Assembly: GCA_963826535.1 (NCBI GenBank)
Contig: CAWGXL010000011.1
Location: 384,809 to 448,808, forward strand
DNA from: an uncultured bacterium
GTDB taxonomy: Bacteria > Patescibacteriota > Microgenomatia > Levybacterales > UBA12049
Direction: 5' to 3'
Length of the DNA: 64,000 bases
Within the stretch, counting starts at the first letter, position 1; each line of letters starts with the position of its first letter. The position numbers and the translations under genes are program-made. The notes beneath the pieces are model-generated. The model saw nothing but the letters and a program-made list of their open reading frames with translations. It was not told where the DNA came from and searched no databases. Positions 41,556 to 52,065 of this stretch are shown piece by piece.

Positions 41556-41715
41556 TTTCGCCTCAATAAAAGTTTATAAGTCATTAAAGCCACATTGCAA
41601 ATTGTTCTTGAATATATGAAGTGTTTGACATACAATAGTTGGAGTTTGACCTCATCGTGAACTCTTCTAAGCGGAGAGGGTATTAAATTGAATTGCAGGT
41701 GGATAAGCAAAAAAT

Positions 41716-42738
41716 ATGAATAAGAAACGAGTTTATTCCGGGATTAGAGCGACGGGGAGATTGCATTTGGGGAATTATCTTGGAGCTGTTAAGGGTATGA
41801 TTGAATTGCAAGACCGGTATGACTGCGTTTTTTCCGTAGTTGATTTGCACGCTATTACTACTCCTTATGAACCGAAGAACCTTCGCGATTCGGTGCGTAA
41901 TGTCGTTATAGATTACCTGGCTGCCGGACTTGACCCGAAAAAATGTTTTGTCGAGGTGCAGTCAAAAGTTCCACAACACATTGAACTTGCTTATTTGCTA
42001 TCAACTATTTATCCGGTATCAAGGCTTGAAGATTTGCCGACGTATAAAGAAAAGAAAGCGCAGTACCCAAAGTATGTGAATATGGGACTCCTATATTATC
42101 CGGTACTTATGGCTGCAGATATACTATTATATAAGGCAGAGTTGGTGCCGGTGGGGATTGACCAGGAGCCCCATTTGGAGGTATCCCGTGAGATCGCGAG
42201 GAAATTTAATAGTATGTTCGGGGTGATTTTTCCTGAGCCGAAAAGATTCCTGCCTGCCGGCAGGCAGGTGAGACAGGGAGAGTATGTGCCTTCTTTAATC
42301 GGGGCAGGCAAGATGAGTAAAACTGTTGAGGGGAGTTATATTACTTTAGCTGATGATTTGGAGATGATCCGGAAGCGTTTGGCGAAGGCGCCCACTGACA
42401 GCGGGACAAGCGGGGGAGAGATTCCGAAGGACCTGACTACCGGCAGGCAGGGGGCGGGAGTTGCAAACTTATTTAAACTGTTTAATCTGTTTGTTAATCA
42501 TGAAATGTATAATAGGTTTGTTCAGGATTATCGAGAGAAGAAAATCCGCTATTCCGAGATGAAAAATGTTTTAGCGGAGGCGATTTATAAAGAAATAAAG
42601 CCTATTCAGGAAAAAAGAAAAAAGTATGAGGAAAATCCAAAAATTGTTGATGAAATTATAATTGAGCACGCTGAAAAGTGCAGGTTGTTAGCGGACGAAA
42701 CGATGAAAGAGGTAAAAGTAAAAATGGGGCTACTTTAA
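41716..42738 (+). CDS. trpS: Tryptophan--tRNA ligase
   Basis: HLGNYLGA, YPVLMAADILLY, VPVGIDQ, KMSKT. Confidence 0.96.
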   Translation: MNKKRVYSGIRATGRLHLGNYLGAVKGMIELQDRYDCVFSVVDLHAITTPYEPKNLRDSVRNVVIDYLAAGLDPKKCFVEVQSKVPQHIELAYLLSTIYPVSRLEDLPTYKEKKAQYPKYVNMGLLYYPVLMAADILLYKAELVPVGIDQEPHLEVSREIARKFNSMFGVIFPEPKRFLPAGRQVRQGEYVPSLIGAGKMSKTVEGSYITLADDLEMIRKRLAKAPTDSGTSGGEIPKDLTTGRQGAGVANLFKLFNLFVNHEMYNRFVQDYREKKIRYSEMKNVLAEAIYKEIKPIQEKRKKYEENPKIVDEIIIEHAEKCRLLADETMKEVKVKMGLL

Positions 42739-42769
42739 TGCATTAGTTTTGGATTTGAAATAAAGCTCA

Positions 42770-42880
42770 TTTTCCCGTTTCCGCCAAAAGCGGACAGGCG
42801 TACATGAATTTTTTTTTGCTCCCACTTCGCTAAAGCTTCGAGGGACAAGTGCGAACCCCCCCGCTGAGCGGGAATCAAAC
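42770..42880. repeat. Cluster of short palindromic repeats
   Basis: tccgccaaaagcgga, ctcccacttcgctaaagcttcgaggga and cccgctgagcggga; relatives of the second at about 12921 and 54600. Confidence 0.65.
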
Positions 42881-42985
42881 AGTCTTGCGGCATAAAATTT
42901 TATGTACTCACTTCATTGACATTTTGAATGACAATTTTAATGGGGGTAGCAGGGGGCTGTATTTTATGATATACTGGGCTCGTTT

Positions 42986-44851
42986 ATGAGTTCAAATGGA
43001 AAAAAAAGTCCGATTCAAAATGGCCGCAAAAGAGTGGTGAAATTTAAGGCAAAATTTTCCTGGAAGAATCTTCTTCTTTATGGATTTTTGGTTATATTTT
43101 CTCTTTTTGTTTTTTCCGCATTAAGTTCTCCGTATGAGGATAGGAAAACTGTTCCTTTGTCTGAGGTTATAGCAAGTGTGAAAAAGGGGCAGGTGAAGAA
43201 AATCGCGGTTAGCGGGGACAAGTTACATGTTGATCTTAAAAACGGAACTACAATTCAGGCTGTAAAAGAACCCGGGGCGGATGTCTATTCACTTTTTAAA
43301 GATGCTGGAGTATCACCTGGCAATGCTCAGGTGATGGTGAAGGATGAGGCAATATTTAATAATTGGGTCGGTTTTATTTCCGCAGTTTTGCCTGTTGCAT
43401 TAATGATAGCTTTCTTTTACTTCATTTTTCGTCAAGCCCGGGGAACCCAAGAGAGTATTTTTTCTTTTGGTCAGTCTAGAGCCAAGCTTTATAACAAAGA
43501 CAATCCAAAAGTCACTTTTGCCGATGTTGCGGGCGTTGATGAGGCCAAGCAGGAATTAACAGAAATTGTTGATTTTCTTAAAAATCCCGTGAAGTACCGT
43601 GCTATGGGCGCGCGTACGCCAAAAGGTGTTCTCATGGTAGGTCCGGCCGGAACAGGGAAAACGTTATTGGCACGAAGCACTGCGGGGGAAGCTAATGTGG
43701 CTTTCTTCTCTATGGCAGGTTCTGAATTTATGGAGATGTTAGTAGGTGTCGGAGCAAGCAGGGTGCGTGATTTATTTAATACTGCGAAAAAATCCCAACC
43801 GTCCATTATATTCATTGACGAGATTGATGCTATTGGTAGGCAGCGAGGGGTAGGGATTATGGGGGGACATGATGAGCGCGAGCAGACACTGAATCAGATT
43901 CTTGTAGAAATGGATGGTTTTACTCCAAATGAGCATGTAATTGTCATGGCGGCAACTAACAGACCCGATGTGTTGGATCCGGCGCTTGTCAGGCCGGGAA
44001 GATTTGACCGGAGAGTGGCATTGGAACTGCCTGATATTAACGGGCGAAAGGCGATATTGGCAATTCACGCAAGAGGGAAACCTTTTGCCGCTAATGTGAA
44101 TTGGGACAAGACTGCAAAACGGACAGTGGGATTTTCCGGGGCGGATATTGAGAATATGTTGAATGAGTCGGCAATAAGGGCTGCAAGGCTTAATAAGAAG
44201 GCTATTGAAATGTCGGATTTGGAGGAGGCTGCGACAAGAGTAAAGCTGGGGCCGGAGAAAAAGCGGCTGCAGTCGGATTTGGACCGAAAGATGACAGCAT
44301 ATCATGAAGCCGGGCATGCATTGGTGGCGTGGGAAATGCCGCATGTTGACCCTATTTATCGAATGTCAATTGTTTCAAGAGGAATGTCGCTCGGGCATAC
44401 AATGACAGAGCCTGTGGATCGTGTGCATGAGACAAAGCTACATTTACTGGAGCAGATTGCAGTAATGATGGGCGGCCGGGCGGCGGAGAGTTTGGTTTTT
44501 GATGATATTACAACAGGTGCATCGGATGATATTGGAAAAGCGACGCAAGTGGCACGTGCTATGGTAACTAAGTTTGGTATGAGCGAACTTGGTCCAATTA
44601 GTCTGGATGTAGAGAGGAATTTTTATGAAGCTAGTGAAGTTTCGCCAGATATGGCAGCAAAAATTGATACTCAAGTGAAGAAGATCATGGATGAGGCGTA
44701 TAAGCAAGCAAATGCGATTTTGATGAAGCTTCGCGGTAAATTGGATACTTTGGCTGAGGAGCTTCTGAAGCGTGAGACAATTGAGGCGGAAGATTTTGTA
44801 AAATTGATTGGCCCCAAGAAAGCACTTGCTACCGCAGAGGTGAAGGTGTGA
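42986..44851 (+). CDS. ftsH: ATP-dependent zinc metalloprotease FtsH
   Basis: Two TM helices, [40 protein letters not shown]. Confidence 0.97.
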   Translation: MSSNGKKSPIQNGRKRVVKFKAKFSWKNLLLYGFLVIFSLFVFSALSSPYEDRKTVPLSEVIASVKKGQVKKIAVSGDKLHVDLKNGTTIQAVKEPGADVYSLFKDAGVSPGNAQVMVKDEAIFNNWVGFISAVLPVALMIAFFYFIFRQARGTQESIFSFGQSRAKLYNKDNPKVTFADVAGVDEAKQELTEIVDFLKNPVKYRAMGARTPKGVLMVGPAGTGKTLLARSTAGEANVAFFSMAGSEFMEMLVGVGASRVRDLFNTAKKSQPSIIFIDEIDAIGRQRGVGIMGGHDEREQTLNQILVEMDGFTPNEHVIVMAATNRPDVLDPALVRPGRFDRRVALELPDINGRKAILAIHARGKPFAANVNWDKTAKRTVGFSGADIENMLNESAIRAARLNKKAIEMSDLEEAATRVKLGPEKKRLQSDLDRKMTAYHEAGHALVAWEMPHVDPIYRMSIVSRGMSLGHTMTEPVDRVHETKLHLLEQIAVMMGGRAAESLVFDDITTGASDDIGKATQVARAMVTKFGMSELGPISLDVERNFYEASEVSPDMAAKIDTQVKKIMDEAYKQANAILMKLRGKLDTLAEELLKRETIEAEDFVKLIGPKKALATAEVKV

Positions 44852-44920
44852 GAGTATAACAAATTGTTATAGGACTTGATTATTAAGATAGATTAATATA
44901 TAAGTAAATCAACAATTTAA

Positions 44921-45021
44921 CTAATCAAGAGTGATGGGGAGAGAATTGGCTTGATGATCCATCCAGCAACCGGCTACAAAAGCAGCGGTGCTACACCCAA
45001 CCCTGTAGGGGGAAGGATTTG
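44921..45021 (+). promoter_or_regulatory. SAM-I (S-box) family riboswitch aptamer
   Basis: ATCAAGAG...GAGAGA.TTGGC..GATGA...CAGCAACC...GGTGCTA...GAT occur in S-box order; GATGGG/TCCATC can form P2. Confidence 0.82.
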
Positions 45022-45052
45022 TCCTTGGAGTAATCAAAGGAAAATATTTTAT

Positions 45053-45079
45053 ACCTCTCTTTACAGGAGAGGTTTTTTT
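45053..45079 (+). terminator. Intrinsic terminator (riboswitch expression platform)
   Basis: Hairpin acctctct...ggagaggt (one bulge) followed by a T7 run, before the downstream ATG. Confidence 0.75.
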
Positions 45080-45099
45080 GTGGGAAGGAGGCGAAATAT

Positions 45100-45891
45100 A
45101 TGCATGAAAGAGATAGGGATGGGATTAGGCGTATTCAACAAAATTTAGTTGAAAACAAAGGACAACAAGAGCAAAAGTCTTCGAGAGTGGAAGGGGTGCG
45201 AAGAGAGCTTGTGAGAATTGCCAACGAAACAAAAGCAAAATATAAGAGGGAAGAGGAGGCAATGCGTCCAGATGCAGAGGTTGCTGTTAAAGAAATAATT
45301 CAACCTTGGTTTTCAGACTTAATTGCTTCAGGTACATACGAAGACCTATTAAGGTGGTCAAGGTTTAACGAGTATAATGTCTATCTCTCGGAAACAATTT
45401 TATACTATTGGCCTAATCGTGCTCTAAAGGAGATAGCAAGTGGAGACAGTAAGCTTTATAAAGATAAAGCAGAATTCGTGGTTGAAAGATATAAAGGATC
45501 AGATATCAAAAAAGGAATTCAGTCCCACGCTGATAGAGACAATGTATGGCATGCTGGTTTTAAGATGGGTAGAGGCAGGTGGCGTGATAATACTGATGGA
45601 TTAAGAATTTGGCGGTGGCCAGTGGTAGGAGGGGGATTTGCCTTTTCTCAGAGTGCGATTTACTATGAAATTCCTGTAAATGAGCACAGCGTTGCCTTTT
45701 TTTTGGACAGGATTAGTCCAGAGGTATGGGTAGAATTTGGCAAGCAGATTGAAAGCGGAAAGGCTTGGGATGCAATAGAGCGCTCTATGAAACCGAAAAA
45801 GAGAGCGTCAGCTCGAGAAGCAACCGAAAGAGATGTAGAAGAAGAAAAAAGAGTTGCTCAAGAGTACCTAAGGAACCGGCAATGGCACTAA
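45100..45891 (+). CDS. Hypothetical protein downstream of the SAM-I-like element
   Basis: 263-aa ORF with no MetK, methyltransferase or transporter motif visible. Confidence 0.75.
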   Translation: MHERDRDGIRRIQQNLVENKGQQEQKSSRVEGVRRELVRIANETKAKYKREEEAMRPDAEVAVKEIIQPWFSDLIASGTYEDLLRWSRFNEYNVYLSETILYYWPNRALKEIASGDSKLYKDKAEFVVERYKGSDIKKGIQSHADRDNVWHAGFKMGRGRWRDNTDGLRIWRWPVVGGGFAFSQSAIYYEIPVNEHSVAFFLDRISPEVWVEFGKQIESGKAWDAIERSMKPKKRASAREATERDVEEEKRVAQEYLRNRQWH

Positions 45892-46030
45892 GCCAGAGTG
45901 GCAGGAAAGACGGAAGCTAGCTGTCTTTTTCTGCCATACAGATTGTGTATTTCTCAGAAGTAGAATAAAGAAGAATCAATTTAATTTTGTGCTTGAAAAA
46001 AGTATCCGGGCTCCCTATAATGAAACTACT

Positions 46031-46282
46031 ATGAATACACAAATTGTTGAAAAAATTGAATCGATTGAGAAAGAATTTAAGGAATTAAAAACTCTCTTGA
46101 AAGAAGAAGCAAAAAAGAAACCTTCTAAAAAAAGTGACGTAGCGGGATTGTGGAAAGATTTAGATAGAAAAGATGTGAAAGTTTCGGTTGCCGAGGGACT
46201 TCGAGATTATCGCGATGGAAAAGTTTATGGGCCATTTAAAAATATGGAGGAGTTTAAAGCATCTCTTAAAAAGGATTCATGA
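46031..46282 (+). CDS. Putative antitoxin
   Basis: EGLRDYRDGKVYGPF.N.EEF C-terminus; overlaps the next gene via ATGA. Confidence 0.7.
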   Translation: MNTQIVEKIESIEKEFKELKTLLKEEAKKKPSKKSDVAGLWKDLDRKDVKVSVAEGLRDYRDGKVYGPFKNMEEFKASLKKDS

Positions 46283-46524
46283 AAATCACGTTTACTTTAA
46301 AAGGACGAAAAAGCTACATTTCCCTCCCTCCAAAAATTATGTCTATCACCGATAAACAACTCAACCTTCTAATAAATGACTTCCGGCATCCTTCACTTCG
46401 TGCTAAGAAGTATGATGAGAGGCAAGATATTTGGCAAGGCAGAATAACCGGAATTTGGCGTTTTTATTTTCTCATTGAACATGATGAGTACGTTATTCTT
46501 TCGATTATAAAACATCCTAATTGA
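46279..46524 (+). CDS. RelE/ParE-superfamily toxin
   Basis: HPSLRAKK, IWQGRIT..WRFYF, terminal I.KHP. Confidence 0.8.
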   Translation: MKITFTLKGRKSYISLPPKIMSITDKQLNLLINDFRHPSLRAKKYDERQDIWQGRITGIWRFYFLIEHDEYVILSIIKHPN

Positions 46525-46535
46525 TTAAACTTGTT

Positions 46536-47570
46536 ATGAAAAAACTACTACTTATTGATGGTAATGCTATTTTACATCGGGCTTATCATGCATTGCCGCC
46601 GTTGACTAATACCAAGGGGATGGTAGTGAATGGAGTGTATGGGTTTTTTTCAATGCTTTTTAATGTTCTTATTGACCAAAAGCCTGATTATCTGGCGGTA
46701 TGTTTTGACCGTGCTGCGCCGAATTTTCGTCAGACGCTTTTCGCGGGTTATCAGCAACATAGGCCGGCAATGGCAGATGATTTTGTGCCGCAAATTATTT
46801 TGGTTCATGAATTACTGGAGAAAATGAAGGTTTCGGTTTTTGAGCTTGATGGATATGAGGCGGACGATTTGATTGGGACAATTGCGACTCTGGCGGTTTC
46901 TAGACGGGGTCCTGTCGGGCGTTTCCCCCGTCCGACGTCCTCGGTCGCAAAGCTCCCTGTGGGCGCTCGACGGGGGTCCCCCACGCCCGCCACCCCTCCA
47001 ATTTCTGATTTAGAAGTTATTATTCTAACCGGGGATCGGGATATGTTGCAACTGGTGAATGAGAGAGTTAAAATTTTGATGCCGCTGGTTGGAATTTCAA
47101 AAACAATTTTATTTGATGAGGGGAAAGTTGAAGAAAAATATGGAGTCAAGCCTTCACAGTTTATAGATTATAAGGCACTCATTGGGGATGCGTCTGATGG
47201 GTATCCGGGGGTTGCGGGGATTGGGCCTAAAACTGCGAGCAATCTGCTTAAGGAATACGAAACTTTTGAGAATTTGTATAAGCAAATTCCCAAACTTCCT
47301 GAGAGAGTTGGCTTAAAGCTTGCAACTGACGCGGAGCAAGCTGCTCTTGCTAAAAAACTTGCAACTATTGTCATAGATGTTCCCACGCAATTTGATATTC
47401 AAAAATGTGCATGCTCAGGCTTTGATATTAAGAGTTTACGCGAAGCGTTTTCGGAACAGGGATTCAAAACACTGACAAAAAGACTTGATACTATATTCGG
47501 CGCGGGAGAACAAAAAGAGATAGAAAAGATGAAGAAAAATGAAAAAAAAGATCAATTGGAGTTGTTATGA
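46536..47570 (+). CDS. Stand-alone 5'-3' exonuclease (Pol I N-terminal domain)
   Basis: LLLIDGNAILHRAYHA, GYEADDLIGT, TGDRD, GDASD.YPGV.GIGPKTA; no polymerase domain. Confidence 0.93.
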   Translation: MKKLLLIDGNAILHRAYHALPPLTNTKGMVVNGVYGFFSMLFNVLIDQKPDYLAVCFDRAAPNFRQTLFAGYQQHRPAMADDFVPQIILVHELLEKMKVSVFELDGYEADDLIGTIATLAVSRRGPVGRFPRPTSSVAKLPVGARRGSPTPATPPISDLEVIILTGDRDMLQLVNERVKILMPLVGISKTILFDEGKVEEKYGVKPSQFIDYKALIGDASDGYPGVAGIGPKTASNLLKEYETFENLYKQIPKLPERVGLKLATDAEQAALAKKLATIVIDVPTQFDIQKCACSGFDIKSLREAFSEQGFKTLTKRLDTIFGAGEQKEIEKMKKNEKKDQLELL

Positions 47571-48217
47571 AAATCCCAGAGAATATAAAAGCAGTTATTT
47601 TTGATGTTGATGAGCTTCTACTGGATACAGAGCACTTATGGTTTAAGACACATAATGAGTTCTTGAGAAGACGAAATTATGTCTATAAGGATGAAATGCA
47701 TAGAGAAATAACAGGGTTGGGACATAAAGAGGTTAGCTTGTTTTATAAACAGCGCTTTGCTCTTCCAAATAAATGGGAAGAAATTGGTTTAGAATTTCGG
47801 GGGATTTTTTATTCGCTATTAACACAAGAGATACAGTTAATGGATGGCGCACGAGTTTTAGTTGAACAATTATATAAAAAGAGATACAAGCTAGCTGTAG
47901 CAACAGGTGGTTATTCGAGAGATAAAATTACGGGAATATTGAAAGACTTAGATATGAAAAAATATTTTTCAGTTATTGTTTCGGGAGATGAGGTTGAAAG
48001 GGGAAAGCCATATCCTGATATTTATCTTGAAACAGCAAAACAGCTAAATGTATCACCACAGCAGTGTATTGTTTTAGAAGATGCGATGAACGGGATTCTT
48101 GCAGCTAAAAAAGCTAAAATGATGGTATTTGGTGTTAATAAAGACGAAAAGATGAGAGAAGAGTTGGTAAAAGCAGGAGCAGATAAAGTGTTAACAAGCT
48201 TAACGGAAATTATTTGA
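47567..48217 (+). CDS. HAD family phosphatase
   Basis: AVIFDVD.LLLDTE, GKPYPDIY, LEDA.NG. Confidence 0.9.
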   Translation: MKIPENIKAVIFDVDELLLDTEHLWFKTHNEFLRRRNYVYKDEMHREITGLGHKEVSLFYKQRFALPNKWEEIGLEFRGIFYSLLTQEIQLMDGARVLVEQLYKKRYKLAVATGGYSRDKITGILKDLDMKKYFSVIVSGDEVERGKPYPDIYLETAKQLNVSPQQCIVLEDAMNGILAAKKAKMMVFGVNKDEKMREELVKAGADKVLTSLTEII

Positions 48218-49428
48218 TGAAAGTTGCTTTAGTGCACGATTACATAAAAGAATACGGCGGAGCGGAGAGGGTTTTGGAGGCGTTGCATGAGATTTATCCG
48301 GATGCGCCTGTTTTTACTTCGGTGTATATACCTTCATTTTTGGGGCCGCATAGAGAACGATTTGCGCGATGGGATATACGGACGTCGATTTTGCAGCATA
48401 TACCATTCAAGCATAAGCTTATCAGTCCATTCCGAATGTTTAGCCCATGGGTTTTTAAACAGTTTGATTTGTCGGATTATGATTTGGTGATTGTATCGGC
48501 GACGGGGGCTTACGAACCAAATATGGTTCGTACTAAGAACCAAGAACCAAGAACTAAGAACAATAAGGGAGCTATTCATATTTGTTATTGTCATACGCCG
48601 CCGAGGTATCTGTATGGTTACGCAACGGCGAGAGATTGGAAGAGGCATAGGATTTTTGCAGTTTTGGGGGCGGTTTTCAATCATTTTTTGCGGATGGTTG
48701 ATTTCGCGGCGTCAAGACATGTAGATTTTTATATTGCGAATTCAGAGGAAGTGGCGGGGAGGATTAAGAAGTTTTATAGGAGCGAAGCTACTGTTATTTA
48801 TCCTCCTGTAGAAATTCAAAATTCAAAATTACAAATCAAAAATCAAAAAGGAATGGATTCCCGCCTTTCCCACAAGGGGACTACATTCTCCGAAGGGTCG
48901 CGCGGGAATGACGATAAGAGGAAAGATTATTTTTTAACTGGGGGTAGGTTGGCGATGGCTAAGCATTTTGATCTTATTGTTCGTGCTTGTCGAGAACTAG
49001 ACGTTCCTTTAAAAGTATTTGGCAAGTCGTTTGCCGGGTATGGTGAGAAACTTGAGGATTTAGCAGGACGAAAGACTGAATTTTTTGGAGAAGTAAGTGA
49101 TGAGGAAAAGTTTAAACTTATGGCGGGAGCGAAAGCGTTTTTGTTTGCTTCAGAAGATGAGGATTTTGGGATTGTGCCGGTTGAGGCGATGGGTTGCGGG
49201 ATTCCGGTTATAGCTTATAAGTCGGGAGGGGTGAAGGAAACAGTGATAGAGGGAAAGACGGGGGTGTTTTTTGAGGAACTAACAGCGGAGAGTTTTAAAA
49301 AAGCGATACAAAAGTTTGAGAAAATGAAATTTGACCCATATGATTCTAGAAAGCAAGCTCAGAAGTTCTCGAAAGAGAGGTTTGACATGGAATTTAAAGA
49401 ATTTGTTAAAAGACTTTTTAGTGAGTAA
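48214..49428 (+). CDS. Glycosyltransferase family 4
   Basis: KVALVHD...GGAERVL, YCHTPPRYLY, EDFGIVPVEAM. Confidence 0.92.
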   Translation: MMKVALVHDYIKEYGGAERVLEALHEIYPDAPVFTSVYIPSFLGPHRERFARWDIRTSILQHIPFKHKLISPFRMFSPWVFKQFDLSDYDLVIVSATGAYEPNMVRTKNQEPRTKNNKGAIHICYCHTPPRYLYGYATARDWKRHRIFAVLGAVFNHFLRMVDFAASRHVDFYIANSEEVAGRIKKFYRSEATVIYPPVEIQNSKLQIKNQKGMDSRLSHKGTTFSEGSRGNDDKRKDYFLTGGRLAMAKHFDLIVRACRELDVPLKVFGKSFAGYGEKLEDLAGRKTEFFGEVSDEEKFKLMAGAKAFLFASEDEDFGIVPVEAMGCGIPVIAYKSGGVKETVIEGKTGVFFEELTAESFKKAIQKFEKMKFDPYDSRKQAQKFSKERFDMEFKEFVKRLFSE

Positions 49429-49465
49429 TTTTCAATTTAAAATTTGAAATTGAAATTTTTAAATT

Positions 49466-50314
49466 ATGCCGGAGTTACCCGAAGTAGAAACAATTAGAAG
49501 GGGACTGGAGAAATATCTTGTTGGACATGTTATTGAGGATGTTGAAATTCGGTTGGCGAAGCAGTTTTCAGGAAATCCGAAGTTGATTATTGGAACAAAG
49601 ATTATTTCGGTTCGGCGGTTTGGTAAAGGATTAGTCATTGATCTGGAAAACTTATACAGCGCGGCGATTCATATCAAAATGACGGGTCAGCTTATTTATC
49701 AGGGACCCGATATTCCAAAAGGAAGTAAGCCATCAGTTGCAAAGGTTGGTACTGCTCTACCTTCTCGGCATACGCATATTATTTTTCGTTTAGACAAAAA
49801 AGCGACGCTGTTCTATAACGATATCCGACAATTTGGGTGGATCAAGATAGTCAAAACAGATGAAGTGGGAAGTCTACCTTTCTTCAAAGAATTAGGACCT
49901 GAGCCATTGAAAGATCTTGATTTTGCGGGTTTTAAGAACATTATTGCGAAGATCGGCGCGCCAATAAAGTCAGTACTTATGGATCAGAAAAAAATCGGAG
50001 GGATTGGTAATATCTATGCAAATGATGCGTTATATTTAGCAAAAATTAATCCTAAAAGACCGGCTTCCTCACTTACTGCGGGAGAGTTGAGGGAACTTTT
50101 TAATGCAATAGAGAATGTGTTAAAAAAAGGTTTGGAGGTTGGCGGGGCATCGGAATGGCAATATGTTAATGCCCTGGGAGAGGCGGGGGGTTATCAGAAT
50201 TTTTTTCAAGTTTATGGACGAGATGGAAAGTTGTGTAAGCGATGTAAGAGTACAATTGAGAGGATAAAAATAGGCGGGCGGGGGACGTTTTACTGTCCAG
50301 GGTGCCAGAGCTAA
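49466..50314 (+). CDS. mutM: Formamidopyrimidine-DNA glycosylase
   Basis: MPELPEVE, GIGNIYA, C-terminal zinc finger. Confidence 0.96.
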   Translation: MPELPEVETIRRGLEKYLVGHVIEDVEIRLAKQFSGNPKLIIGTKIISVRRFGKGLVIDLENLYSAAIHIKMTGQLIYQGPDIPKGSKPSVAKVGTALPSRHTHIIFRLDKKATLFYNDIRQFGWIKIVKTDEVGSLPFFKELGPEPLKDLDFAGFKNIIAKIGAPIKSVLMDQKKIGGIGNIYANDALYLAKINPKRPASSLTAGELRELFNAIENVLKKGLEVGGASEWQYVNALGEAGGYQNFFQVYGRDGKLCKRCKSTIERIKIGGRGTFYCPGCQS

Positions 50315-50373
50315 GCTCTACTTTTTTAGTCTTATAGTTTGATATTTATTATGATTTCCGTTATAATTATTGC

Positions 50374-51090
50374 ATGGGTGAATTACTTATACGACGCGAA
50401 ATTCATGAATATAATGTACATCAAGCTGTAGCTTTAGATTTAGATAGAACTTTAGGCAGTGTTAAGGCAGCTATGGCCCGATTTTATGCGGCAGCAAGGT
50501 TTTGTGGAATACCGGTAGAACAAATCGACGAAGAACGTCGCGAAGTGGAAAGTAAGGGCGGTACATTTGAACCTCTACATTCTATAGAAGATAAGCTTAC
50601 ACCAGAATTAAGACATAAATTTAATTATCGTTTTACAACTTTAAAGAATCCTCCAATTTTATATGATGATGCAATCACTTTCTTAAATAATCTAGAAAGG
50701 AACGCTATGCCTTTTCATTTGATTACTTATGGGGTAAATCCTGAGTGGCAACGACTCAAAGTAGAGGCAAGCGGTTTTCGGGGTGGCGTGACAATTTTGG
50801 ATGATTCTAATAAAGGAAGGGAAATTGCCGGTTGGAGCTCAGGAGGTAAATATGAGCTTGCTTTAGAGGGAGGTGCCGAGAAGACAGTATATCGTGCGGA
50901 TACTGTTTGTTTAATTGATGATAAAGCAGTAGCATTCAATGATCTACCACAAGACTGCAGCGGGTTTTTGCTACAACGAGGTGATGAGTTGCTTGCGAGT
51001 CAACAGGGTTCAGTGCCGGAGAATGTGAGAACTATTCATAGTTTGGATGAGTTGATAGTAGTAAATGGTGTAATTACGCCCCGGAGATAG
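50374..51090 (+). CDS. HAD-like hypothetical protein
   Basis: ALDLDRTL, LITYG...WQ.LK, LIDDK. Confidence 0.7.
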   Translation: MGELLIRREIHEYNVHQAVALDLDRTLGSVKAAMARFYAAARFCGIPVEQIDEERREVESKGGTFEPLHSIEDKLTPELRHKFNYRFTTLKNPPILYDDAITFLNNLERNAMPFHLITYGVNPEWQRLKVEASGFRGGVTILDDSNKGREIAGWSSGGKYELALEGGAEKTVYRADTVCLIDDKAVAFNDLPQDCSGFLLQRGDELLASQQGSVPENVRTIHSLDELIVVNGVITPRR

Positions 51091-51166
51091 AGTTTCTTCA
51101 AAAATTGTATTTATGTAAAAGTTGTGCTATCATCTTGATGGATTCGTACTTTTTCATGACATTAGT

Positions 51167-51874
51167 ATGACAAACAACGGACGGGATAGGGTTATTATAT
51201 CAGTAAGCGGTTCTCTAATCGTCCCTAATGGGGGAATTGGTACGGATTTTCTTGCTAAGCTTAATAGCTTTATCCGAGAGCAACTGACGCAACATCCAAA
51301 GCGTCAGTTTTTTTTGGTTATAGGGGGCGGATCGATCGCGCGGCATTATATTGATGCAGGCCGGGAAGTTTTGAAACATCAACTTTCGGGGGAGGATTTG
51401 GATTGGCTGGGGATTCATGCGAGCCGACTCAACGCTCATTTGGTAAGGACTATTTTTCGAGATATTGCACATGCATATATTATTGATGATTATGATGTCA
51501 TTAGAAAGGCCACGGAATCGGTTATTGTTGCTTCCGGATGGCGACCGGGATGGTCGACTGATTATTGTGCAATGTTACTCTGCGAGGATTATGCTGAAGA
51601 TACACTTATTAATTTGGGTGTTCTGAAGCAACTTTACGATCGCGATCCGAATGAGCATGTTGATGCCAGAGCACTAGAAAAAATTCGATGGGACGATTTT
51701 CGGAAATTAGTGGGTGAGAAGTGGACACCGGGAATGCATGCGCCTTTTGATCCGATTGCTACTAAGAAAGCGCAGGAATTGGGGGTCAAAGTAGTTATTA
51801 TGTCGGGAAAGGATTTTGAGAATTTGGATAAGTATTTCAGGAGAGAAAAGTTTGTGGGAACTGTGATTGAATAA
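51167..51874 (+). CDS. pyrH: UMP kinase, archaeal type
   Basis: VIGGGSIARHY, D.LGI.ASRLNA, GWRPGWSTD, PGMHAPFDPIA. Confidence 0.92.
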   Translation: MTNNGRDRVIISVSGSLIVPNGGIGTDFLAKLNSFIREQLTQHPKRQFFLVIGGGSIARHYIDAGREVLKHQLSGEDLDWLGIHASRLNAHLVRTIFRDIAHAYIIDDYDVIRKATESVIVASGWRPGWSTDYCAMLLCEDYAEDTLINLGVLKQLYDRDPNEHVDARALEKIRWDDFRKLVGEKWTPGMHAPFDPIATKKAQELGVKVVIMSGKDFENLDKYFRREKFVGTVIE

Positions 51875-52065
51875 AAATCCAAAATACAAAATCATAAATT
51901 CCAACAATAAATTACAAATTCAAAATTACAAATCCTAAATAAATTCAAATATTTAAATTCTAAATCCAAAACGTTTTGAATTTTTAAAATTAGAATTTTG
52001 ATATTATTTGGAATTTGGTGCTTTGAATTTGTAATTTACATCTGGCAGTTTGGATTTCGAACTTA
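51875..52065. repeat. Quasi-palindromic tract of 7-nt repeats
   Basis: aaatcca/aaataca/aaatcat... arm, aaaacgtttt core, complementary tgaattt... arm. Confidence 0.8.

Noticed and set aside
41556-41715. Possible T-box leader before trpS
   Set aside because: No GGTGGnACC T-box consensus and no terminator are visible.
43489-44862. Antisense ORFs inside ftsH and other long genes
   Set aside because: Shadow frames of well-supported genes, with no motifs of their own.
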